Origin: Acidimicrobiales bacterium
Lineage (GTDB): Bacteria; Actinomycetota; Acidimicrobiia; Acidimicrobiales; VFJN01
Assembly: GCA_046595835.1 (NCBI GenBank)
Contig: JBKJSO010000084.1
Coordinates: forward strand, 1 to 37,208
Length of the DNA stretch: 37,208 nucleotides
Reading direction: 5' to 3'
Shown here: piece after piece, positions 16,151-23,937 of the stretch
Position numbering within the stretch: position 1 is the first letter of the stretch
Layout of the letters: each line of letters starts with the position of its first letter
Made by a program: the position numbers and the translations under genes
Notes under the pieces: generated by a model
What the model was told of the DNA's origin: nothing
What the model saw: the letters and a program-made list of their open reading frames with translations, nothing else
Databases searched by the model: none

Positions 16151-17181
16151 GCCGGACGGTTCTCATCACCGGTGGCAGCGGGTACTTCGGTTCGATCCTG
16201 GTCGATCGGGCCCTGGCCCTCGGTGATCGCGTTCGGATCCTCGACGTCAACCCGTCCGACCCCCGCCCGGGCGCCTCCGTGGAAGCGATCGTGGGCGACG
16301 TGCGCGACGACGCCGTCGTGCGCGATGCCAGCCGCGGGGTCGACGTGGTGCTCCACAACGTCGCACAGGTGCCCCTCGCCAAGGACCGCGACCTCTTCTG
16401 GTCGGTGAACGTGGTGGGTACCGCCAACGTCTTGCTGGCCGCACGCGAGGCAGGCGTCGGCAAGGTGGTGCACACCTCGTCGAGCGCGATCTTCGGCATC
16501 CCGGAGCACAACCCTGTGGTAGAGGAGACGCCCCCCCACCCGCTCGAGGCCTACGGGCGGGCCAAGCTCGAAGCGGAGGTGCTGTGCCGGGAGGCGCTGG
16601 CCACGGGGCTCGACGTGTCGATCGTTCGTCCCCGCACGATCCTCGGCCACGGGCGGCTGGGCATCATGGCCATCCTGTTCGAGTTCGTGGCCGAGGGTGC
16701 TCCGGTCTACGTGCTCGACGGGGGCCACAACCGCTACCAGTTCGTGCACGCCGAAGACCTCGCGGATGCCTGCTTGCTGGCTGGCGCTCGCGTCGGTGCG
16801 TCGACCTACAACATCGGCACCACCGACTTCGGCACGATGCGCGAGACGTTGCAGGCGCTGGTCGACCATGCGGGCACCGGGTCCCGTGTCCGGTCGCTGC
16901 CGTCGGCGCCGGCGAGGGTGGGGATGCAGGCGGTATCGAAGCTCGGGCAGGCACCGTTCGCGCCCTACCACTGGCTCCTCTACGGCGAGTCGCTGTGGTT
17001 CGACACGACCCGGGCGCGCGAGGAGCTGGGCTGGGAGCCGACCCACTCGAACGCCTCGATGGTCATCGAGTCGTATGAGTGGTTCCTGGCGCATCGATCC
17101 GAGCTGGGCGCCCAGGGCAAGTCGCACCACCAGTCGCCGGCGCGCCTCGGGCTCCTCAAGCTCCTGAAGCGCCTGCCCTAG
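16147..17181 (+). CDS. Extended SDR, NAD-dependent epimerase/dehydratase family (copy 2)
   Basis: GTG start at 16147 overlaps the stop of copy 1 (GTGA). ITGGSGYFGSILV, HTSSSA, catalytic YGRAKLEAE, and a basic amphipathic C-terminus LGLLKLLKRLP. Confidence 0.9.
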   Translation: MSRTVLITGGSGYFGSILVDRALALGDRVRILDVNPSDPRPGASVEAIVGDVRDDAVVRDASRGVDVVLHNVAQVPLAKDRDLFWSVNVVGTANVLLAAREAGVGKVVHTSSSAIFGIPEHNPVVEETPPHPLEAYGRAKLEAEVLCREALATGLDVSIVRPRTILGHGRLGIMAILFEFVAEGAPVYVLDGGHNRYQFVHAEDLADACLLAGARVGASTYNIGTTDFGTMRETLQALVDHAGTGSRVRSLPSAPARVGMQAVSKLGQAPFAPYHWLLYGESLWFDTTRAREELGWEPTHSNASMVIESYEWFLAHRSELGAQGKSHHQSPARLGLLKLLKRLP

Positions 17182-17191
17182 GCTGGCCTCC

Positions 17192-19084
17192 GTGGTGGTC
17201 TCCTCGGTGGCTGAGACGCCGCGCCCCGACCCGGTCGACGCCGACGCCGACCTGTCCGCGGCGCAGCGCGGGCCCCGCTGGACCGTGGGGGCGTGCCTTG
17301 CTGCCCTCTGCGTGCCGCTCGTGGTAGCGCTGGCCGGGTTCCGGCGCCACACATGGGCCCCCGTGCTCGACCTCGCCATGACGGAGCTGCGCGTGCGCGA
17401 CGTCGGAGGTCGGCACACACCGCTCATCGGGCTCCCGGGCCGGATCGGCACGATCGGGCAGCAGGGGAGCCATCCCGGGCCGGTGAGCTTCTACGCGCTG
17501 GCGCCCACGTACCGCGCCCTGGGCGCCACCGCATGGGCGCTGCAGGTCGCCACCTTCGTGATCCACGCCGTCGCCATGGGGACGGCCCTGCTCATCGCCC
17601 GTCGCCGAGGCGGGGCTCGCCTCGTGCTCGGCGTGGCCGTGCTCCTCGCCGTGCTCACCGCGGGCTACGGCGGGGGCGCGCTCACCGAGCCGTGGAACCC
17701 CTATCTGCCGGTCATGTGGTGGGTGGTCGTGCTCCTGGCGGTGTGGTCGGTGCTCTGCGGCGACGTGGCCATGCTCCCGGTCGCCGTGGTGGCGGCCTCG
17801 TTCTGCGCGCAGACGCACGTGCCCTATCTCGGGCTGGCGCTGGGCATGGGCGGGCTCGCCACCGCGGCAGTGGCGGCGCGGTGGTGGCGTCATCGCGAGG
17901 AACGGCGTGTGGTCCTTCGGTGGAGCCTCCTAGCGCTCGGCCTCGGCGTGCTGCTGTGGCTGCCCCCCTCGATCGACCAGGTGCGACACGATCCGGGCAA
18001 CTTCCGTCAGCTGATCGACCACTTCTCGGATCCCTCCGAGCAACCCAAGGGGCTGGCCTACGGCGTACAGGAAGGGGTGCGCCACTTCGACATCGCCCAC
18101 CTGGTCCGTGCCGATGTGATCGATCCGGGACGCCTTGTCACGAGAGCCCCCGGGAACCGACCCACGTCGTCGCGCGGCATCGTGCTCGTCGGCATCTGGG
18201 CCCTCGCCGCGGTCGTCGCCACCCGGCGCCGCCGGGCATCCCTCATGCGTCTGCACCTCGTGGTCGGGGCGGGCCTGGTGCTCATGGTGCTCGCCATCAG
18301 CCGCATCTTCGGGACGGTCTGGTACTACCTGACGCTGTGGGGCTGGGCTATTGGCCTCCTGGCGGCCCTCGCGGTCGTCTGGACGGCACTCGACCTGCTG
18401 GACGAGCGCTGGCCGCCCGCCCGGCGGACGGCGCTGGCCACGGTCGGCACCGCCGCGCTGGCTGCCCTCGGGATGGCCATCGTGATCAGGTTCTCCGTGG
18501 ACGCGTGGAACAGCCCCCACGCCGACGCCTCGGTGGCGGCTGAGCTGGCGGCGGTGGTCGACGACGTCGCCGCCGGGCTCGACGGCGGCGCGGGGGTGGC
18601 GACGGGTCACACGGGTCGGTACCTCATCGCGTGGGACGACACGTTCCACATCGGCTCACAGGGCTTCGGTCTGCTCAGCGAGCTCGAGCGACGTGGCTTC
18701 GACGTTGGCGTCGACTACGGGAAGCGGGTGCCGGCCACGAGCCACCGCGTGCTCGACGCTCACCTGGCGACCGCAAGGATCGAGCTTGCGACCGGCACGC
18801 ACGTGGCTCGTTGGCGAGATGTCACCGGTGCCGTCGAGGTCGCCACCTTCGACCCTCGCGACGGGTCCGCTCGAGCCGAACAGGCTCGGCTTCGGCGGGA
18901 GGTGATCGGCACCCTTCGGCGCCTCGGCCTCGACGAGCTCGTGCACGAGGTCGACGACAACCTCTTCGGCGCCGCGATCGACGAGCGAGTCCCGGAGGCG
19001 ACGCAGCAGCAGATGGGACGCATGCTCGAGCTGGGCACGCCGATCGCGGTCTTCGTGCTCCCCCCCGACGCCGTCGATCCATGA
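17192..19084 (+). CDS. Large polytopic membrane protein, unrecognised family, tandem paralog A (630 aa)
   Basis: About 10 or more TM segments plus a soluble C-terminal domain of about 190 aa. It shares the blocks DLAMTELRVRDVGGRHTPLIGL, SHPGPxSFY, LTEPWNPxLP, CAQTHVPYL and HDPGN with the next gene. Confidence 0.75.
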   Translation: MVVSSVAETPRPDPVDADADLSAAQRGPRWTVGACLAALCVPLVVALAGFRRHTWAPVLDLAMTELRVRDVGGRHTPLIGLPGRIGTIGQQGSHPGPVSFYALAPTYRALGATAWALQVATFVIHAVAMGTALLIARRRGGARLVLGVAVLLAVLTAGYGGGALTEPWNPYLPVMWWVVVLLAVWSVLCGDVAMLPVAVVAASFCAQTHVPYLGLALGMGGLATAAVAARWWRHREERRVVLRWSLLALGLGVLLWLPPSIDQVRHDPGNFRQLIDHFSDPSEQPKGLAYGVQEGVRHFDIAHLVRADVIDPGRLVTRAPGNRPTSSRGIVLVGIWALAAVVATRRRRASLMRLHLVVGAGLVLMVLAISRIFGTVWYYLTLWGWAIGLLAALAVVWTALDLLDERWPPARRTALATVGTAALAALGMAIVIRFSVDAWNSPHADASVAAELAAVVDDVAAGLDGGAGVATGHTGRYLIAWDDTFHIGSQGFGLLSELERRGFDVGVDYGKRVPATSHRVLDAHLATARIELATGTHVARWRDVTGAVEVATFDPRDGSARAEQARLRREVIGTLRRLGLDELVHEVDDNLFGAAIDERVPEATQQQMGRMLELGTPIAVFVLPPDAVDP

Positions 19085-20904
19085 CGGTGTCGCGCTGGAT
19101 GCCTCGTTGGCTGCTCCCCATGGTCTCAGCCGCGGTGCTGGCCCCGCTCGCGGTGGCCGTCGTGGTGCAGCGCAACGCCCACTGGCATCCCGTCTACGAC
19201 CTCGCCATGACGGAGATGCGGGTACGAGACGTCGGCGGGCGTCACACGCCCCTCATCGGCCTCCAGGGGCGCATCGGACCCACGGGGAGCCACCCGGGTC
19301 CGCTCTCGTTCTACCTGTTGGCCCCGGTGTACCGACTGCTCGGGTCGTCGGCCTACGCCCTGCAGGTGTCCACCGCCGCCTTCCACGGCCTGGCCGCGAT
19401 GACCGCCCTGCTCATCGCCCGACGGCGCGGCGATGGCCGCGTGCTCATCGGCGTCGGGATGATCCTGCTCCTGCTCATGCAGGGCTACGGGCTGGGCCCG
19501 CTCACCGAGCCGTGGAACCCGCATCTGCCTCTGCTGTGGTTCGTGGCGTTCCTGCTGGCCGCCTGGGCCGTGCTGGAGGGGGATCTGGTGATGCTGCTCC
19601 CCGCCGTGGCGGCGGCGTCCCTCTGCGCGCAGACCCATGTGCCGTACCTGGCCGTCACCGTCGGCCTGGGCGGCGGCCTGGCCGTGGTGGCGACGGCCTA
19701 CGCGTGGAGAGCCCGCTCCCGTCCCGGACGGCCGGGCTGGCGCTGGCTGGTGGGTGCGGCGGCACTCGGTGTGGTGCTCTGGATCCCGCCGCTGATCGAC
19801 GAGGTCGTCCACGACCCCGGCAACCTCAGTCAGATCGTCGATCACCTCGGCAGCCCCACCGACGCTCCCATCGGCGTCCGGGCCGCGGCCAAGATCATCG
19901 TTGAACGCCTCGATGCCTGGCAGCTCGTCGTGGGTGAGACCCGGCACCCGGGCACCTATGTCCGCACCCTCAGCGGGCCGGGGCCCACCCGGGATCGGGG
20001 CTTCGTGACCCTGGCCGCGTGGCTTGGCTGCGTTGTGGCGTCCGTGGTGCTCCGTCACCGTCGGCTCCTCGCCCTGCACCTGCTCGTGGGCAGCGCGTGG
20101 GCTGTCGGCATCGCAGCCGTCTCGCGGATCTACGGCGTGCCCTGGCCCTACCTGACGCTGTGGGGGTTCGGGATCGGGGCCCTCATGGCGCTGTCGATCG
20201 CGGCCACCGCCGTAGCGCTGCTGCTGCGGTGGTGGCCCCGCCTGGCCGTCGTGTCCGGCGCTCGCCCGTGGAGCGTGGCCGGTGTCGTGGTGCTGGGCGC
20301 GCTGTCGGCAAGGATGCTGGTCATCGCCCCTGACGCCACCACCGACACACCCGACCAGACGGAGCAGCTCGGTCGGTTGCTGCCCGACACGCTGGCCGCC
20401 CTCGACCGCGGCGTCGGGGCGGCGACTGGTCACGACGGTCGCTACTACGTGTACTGGGACGATGCCACGAACGGCGGCTCGGAGGGGATCGGACTCGTGA
20501 ACGAGCTCGTCCGGCACGGCTACGACGTCGGTGTCGATGCCCGGAACGGGCTGCAGATCTCGCCGTACCGCGTCCGTCGGCCAGCCGACTCGACCGCCCG
20601 GATCGTCGTCGCGAGCGGGGGGTGGATCGAACGGTGGGCCGCGGAGCCCGACGCCACGATGGTGGCCAGCGACGATCCCCGAAGCCCCGCCGAGCGGCAG
20701 GAGTTCGAGCACGTGCGGGCTGAGGCGGTCGCCGACCTGCGCGCCATGGGGCGCGACGACCTGGTCAACCGGATCGACACCGATCTGTTCGATGTGGCGC
20801 TGAACGGGGGAGTCCCGCCGGGCGTCGGGCTGCTCCTCGGGCGCATGATCGGCATCGGCGTGCCCGCCGCCGTGTTCGTCCTGCCGAAGGCGGCGGCCGC
20901 GTGA
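19081..20904 (+). CDS. Large polytopic membrane protein, unrecognised family, tandem paralog B (607 aa)
   Basis: ATG 19081 overlaps the stop of paralog A (ATGA). It has the same conserved blocks as paralog A. The listed longer ORF (from 18631) runs through the paralog A coding region and was trimmed. Confidence 0.75.
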   Translation: MTVSRWMPRWLLPMVSAAVLAPLAVAVVVQRNAHWHPVYDLAMTEMRVRDVGGRHTPLIGLQGRIGPTGSHPGPLSFYLLAPVYRLLGSSAYALQVSTAAFHGLAAMTALLIARRRGDGRVLIGVGMILLLLMQGYGLGPLTEPWNPHLPLLWFVAFLLAAWAVLEGDLVMLLPAVAAASLCAQTHVPYLAVTVGLGGGLAVVATAYAWRARSRPGRPGWRWLVGAAALGVVLWIPPLIDEVVHDPGNLSQIVDHLGSPTDAPIGVRAAAKIIVERLDAWQLVVGETRHPGTYVRTLSGPGPTRDRGFVTLAAWLGCVVASVVLRHRRLLALHLLVGSAWAVGIAAVSRIYGVPWPYLTLWGFGIGALMALSIAATAVALLLRWWPRLAVVSGARPWSVAGVVVLGALSARMLVIAPDATTDTPDQTEQLGRLLPDTLAALDRGVGAATGHDGRYYVYWDDATNGGSEGIGLVNELVRHGYDVGVDARNGLQISPYRVRRPADSTARIVVASGGWIERWAAEPDATMVASDDPRSPAERQEFEHVRAEAVADLRAMGRDDLVNRIDTDLFDVALNGGVPPGVGLLLGRMIGIGVPAAVFVLPKAAAA

Positions 20905-22271
20905 CAGCCCACCGATCGAACGCGGCGACCCCGGCGAGGTCGGCGCGCGTGGAGCTGACCGCCGGACAGCGGCGCTACCTGATCGCCACGGTCGCGACCG
21001 CGTTCGGCCTGCGGATGGCCTGGGCCCTGTACGCCCGGGGAGCCGCTCCCGTCGAGTGGTTCCACTCCGGCGACCAGTACTCCTACTACCACTACGGCAG
21101 CGAGATGGCCCGGGGGCGTGGGTACATCAGCTACTTCACCGGCAGCGCCAGCGCGTACTACCCGATCGGGTACCCGGGGCTGCTGGCGGCGCTCTACTTC
21201 GTGGTGCTGCACACCCCCATCCCGGACCACCTCATGATGGCGACCGCCCTGCTCCACGTCGTGGCCGGCACGGCCTCCGTGTGGTTCGTGTTCCTGATCG
21301 GTCGGAGCATGTCCAGCGTCCGCACCGGCCTGGTGGCGGCCACCCTCCTCGCGGTGTTCCCCAACGTCATCTACCAGGTGTCCACGGTGCAGCTCGAGAC
21401 CGTGTTCATCGCGGCGGTCTCGGGTGCGCTTGCCGTCATCGTCACCCACGACTGGGTCGCCGGCCCGCCCAGCACGCGCCGCCTGCTGGCCTTCGGGGTG
21501 GCGCTGGGTGCCGCCATCCTGGTGCGGCCCTTTGCCGCCGTGCTCCTGGTGGGTCTGGCTGGCGCGCTGCTCGTCACCCGCGTCGGGTGGCGGCGGACCG
21601 CGCTCGGCGTGGCGCTGCCCCTTGCTGTCGTCATTGCGATGTCGGTGCCCTGGACCATCCGCAACGCCGTCGAGATGCACGCGTTCATCCCGTCGTCCAC
21701 GAACATGGGCGACACGCTCTGCCTCGACCGCAACCTCGACGCGCAGGGCGGCTTCCGCTTCGCGGATCACGACGGGTGCGTCGACCCGGGGCTGCCCGAG
21801 GTGGAGCGCAATGCCGGCAACACGAAGAAGGCGATCCACTTCGTGATCGATCACCCCGGCCGGGAGCTGCTCCAGATCGGGCGGCGGGGCCGGTTGATGT
21901 TCATCGACGACCATGACGGCATCGAGGCGGTCCAGACCCTCGGCGGCGGCCTGGTGCTCTCCCCCCGGGCGGCCAGCGACGCGTCGAGCGTCGGCGACCG
22001 GTACTTCTACGGCATCGTGGGCCTGGCGGTGCTCGGCCTGCTGAGCTTCTTCCGACGAGACCGCCGGCCGCAGCGGCTGCTTGTGCTGTCGGGGCTCGTC
22101 GGGCTGCTCGTGATCCCGCTGCTGCTCTGGGGCAACCCGCGGTTCCACCTGCCGCTCGTGCCGTTCATCGCGCTGTCAGCGGCGTCGCCGATCGTCGCCG
22201 TCTGGGATCGGCTCCGACCCGTCCGGGTCACCGCGGATCCCGCAACCCCGGTGGAATGCGTGTCGGCCTGA
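20901..22271 (+). CDS. GT-C membrane glycosyltransferase, ArnT/PMT-like (PMT_2 / GT39-GT83 type)
   Basis: GTG 20901 overlaps the upstream stop (GTGA). The first-loop motif SGDQYSYYHYGSEMARGRGY resembles the acidic/aromatic loop of ArnT/PMT-like enzymes. About 11 TM helices. Confidence 0.7.
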   Translation: MTAHRSNAATPARSARVELTAGQRRYLIATVATAFGLRMAWALYARGAAPVEWFHSGDQYSYYHYGSEMARGRGYISYFTGSASAYYPIGYPGLLAALYFVVLHTPIPDHLMMATALLHVVAGTASVWFVFLIGRSMSSVRTGLVAATLLAVFPNVIYQVSTVQLETVFIAAVSGALAVIVTHDWVAGPPSTRRLLAFGVALGAAILVRPFAAVLLVGLAGALLVTRVGWRRTALGVALPLAVVIAMSVPWTIRNAVEMHAFIPSSTNMGDTLCLDRNLDAQGGFRFADHDGCVDPGLPEVERNAGNTKKAIHFVIDHPGRELLQIGRRGRLMFIDDHDGIEAVQTLGGGLVLSPRAASDASSVGDRYFYGIVGLAVLGLLSFFRRDRRPQRLLVLSGLVGLLVIPLLLWGNPRFHLPLVPFIALSAASPIVAVWDRLRPVRVTADPATPVECVSA

Positions 22272-23840
22272 TCAAGGGTCGGAGCTGAGCGCCTTCGGAA
22301 GGATCGGTGCGTCGCGCCCGGTGCCGCTCGTCCCGCCCGAGGTCCCGGTGGCCTCCTCGTGGTACTCCTCCTCGACGTTGACCTCCCAGATGTCGTGGGA
22401 CGCCCCGTAGAGGTTGTCGACGGTGAGCATGGCCGTGAACATCGAGTGGTCCTGGTTGTTGTACCGGTGCATCCCGTTGCGCCCGATCGGGTGGACGTTG
22501 CGGGTGTGGTCGGCCAGCCAGGCCCGCAGAACGTCGACGTTGGCCTTGTAGTCCTCATCGTAGGTTGGGTACGCCTTGGGCATCCGCACGACGTAGCCGG
22601 CCTCCACGTCCGAGACTCCCATGAGGCCCAGGGACACCAGCTCGGCGGTGCCCTTGGCGATCAGCTCCTCATCGCTGGCCGTCCACCACTCGTCACCCTC
22701 GACGACGGTGTACTCGAGGCCCAATACGTTGCGGTCGCCGTGCACCATGTACGGCGACCAGGACCCGAAGTTCTGGACCCGCATCGTCTTGACCTCCGGA
22801 TCATGGATGTAGATCCAGTTGTCAGTCCAGGCGACCTTGTCCTCGGGCACGACGAGGGCCACCGACAGGAAGTCTCGGAAGGAGAGTGCGTCGGCGGCGG
22901 CCAGGACCGACGCCGGCGCAGGCGGGTCCATGGCCCGGAGCAGGGCCGGGAAGGGCATGGAGGAGATGACATGGTCGGCCGGGAGGGTGCTCTCGGCCCC
23001 AGAGGCGTCGGTGGAGGTGACCGACACCGCGCGACCGTCGCGGTGGGCGATTCGGGTGACCTTGGCACGGAACGCCACTTTGGAGCCCTGAGCCTCCACC
23101 ATCTCGTGGCAGCGCTCCCACATCATCCCGGGGCCGTACTTTGGGTACTGGAACTGCTCGATGAGGCTGGTGACCTGCTTCGAGCTGTCCCGGCGCCTGC
23201 CGGACAGCTGAGCCCGCAGCGGCTCCCAGACAGCGCTCCAGAGCGACATGCCCTTGATGCGCTGGGCGCCCCAGTCGGCGGACATGGCGGAGGGCGGGAC
23301 CCCCCACACCTTCTCGCTGTAGGTCTTGAAGAAGTGCTGGTAGAGCCGCCAGCCGTAGTTGGTGGCGATGTAGCCCTCGAGGGTGGACTGGTCCTTCGGT
23401 GGGTGCACCCGCACCCAGAGGAACGACAGCACGCAACGCGCCGCCTCGACGGGCCCGAGGTTGGTCAGTGCGTTCATGACCTTGATCGGGTAGTCGTAGA
23501 ACTTGCCCTGGTAGTAGATGCGACTCGCTCGGGGTCGCAGCAGGAAGTCCTCGTCGGGCAGGATCTCGTGCCACAGCGCCTCCACCTCGGGCACCTTGGT
23601 GAAGAAGCGGTGACCGCCGATGTCGAAGCGGTAGCCGTCGCGCACAACGGTGCGGCTGATGCCGCCGACGACGTCGTCGGCCTCCAGCACGGTCGCTGTG
23701 GCGCCTCGCTTGCCGAGCTCGTACGCGGCCGTGAGGCCGGCCGGGCCCGCACCGATGACGACGACGTCACCTGGGTTCGCCGTTGGTGCGGGGGGTGCGG
23801 CGGCCGCGGTGACCGCTGGATCTGCAGGGGAGGTGGTCAT
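22272..23840 (-). CDS. FAD/NAD(P)-binding oxidoreductase, UDP-galactopyranose-mutase-like / amine-oxidase fold
   Basis: VVIGAGPAGLTAAYEL dinucleotide fold, GGISRT, DIGGHRFFTK and KTYSEKVWG. The last two resemble the HIFHT and YTEKQWG blocks of bacterial Glf. Confidence 0.8.
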   Translation of the reverse strand: MTTSPADPAVTAAAAPPAPTANPGDVVVIGAGPAGLTAAYELGKRGATATVLEADDVVGGISRTVVRDGYRFDIGGHRFFTKVPEVEALWHEILPDEDFLLRPRASRIYYQGKFYDYPIKVMNALTNLGPVEAARCVLSFLWVRVHPPKDQSTLEGYIATNYGWRLYQHFFKTYSEKVWGVPPSAMSADWGAQRIKGMSLWSAVWEPLRAQLSGRRRDSSKQVTSLIEQFQYPKYGPGMMWERCHEMVEAQGSKVAFRAKVTRIAHRDGRAVSVTSTDASGAESTLPADHVISSMPFPALLRAMDPPAPASVLAAADALSFRDFLSVALVVPEDKVAWTDNWIYIHDPEVKTMRVQNFGSWSPYMVHGDRNVLGLEYTVVEGDEWWTASDEELIAKGTAELVSLGLMGVSDVEAGYVVRMPKAYPTYDEDYKANVDVLRAWLADHTRNVHPIGRNGMHRYNNQDHSMFTAMLTVDNLYGASHDIWEVNVEEEYHEEATGTSGGTSGTGRDAPILPKALSSDP

Positions 23841-23925
23841 TGCGGCGCAGGGCTTTCGACGAGGTGCGGCGGGCGCGGAGCAAGCAGCAGTCTAGGAAGC
23901 CGTCCCGCGGATCCACCGCATCGCT

Positions 23926-23932
23926 GAGGGAG
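23926..23932 (+). promoter_or_regulatory. Shine-Dalgarno-like GAGGGAG, 5 nt upstream of the GTG start of AftD-like paralog 2
   Basis: Sequence reads gctGAGGGAGcgccgGTG. It lies in the 97-bp divergent spacer 23841-23937. Confidence 0.4.
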
Positions 23933-23937
23933 CGCCG

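Noticed and set aside
22359-23927. 522-aa plus-strand ORF mirroring the 522-aa FAD oxidoreductase gene
   Set aside because: The equal length is striking. However, the plus-strand translation is V/G/H/R/D-rich without any fold motif, while the minus strand has a clean GxGxxG dinucleotide fold and UGM-like blocks. I treat it as an antisense shadow ORF.
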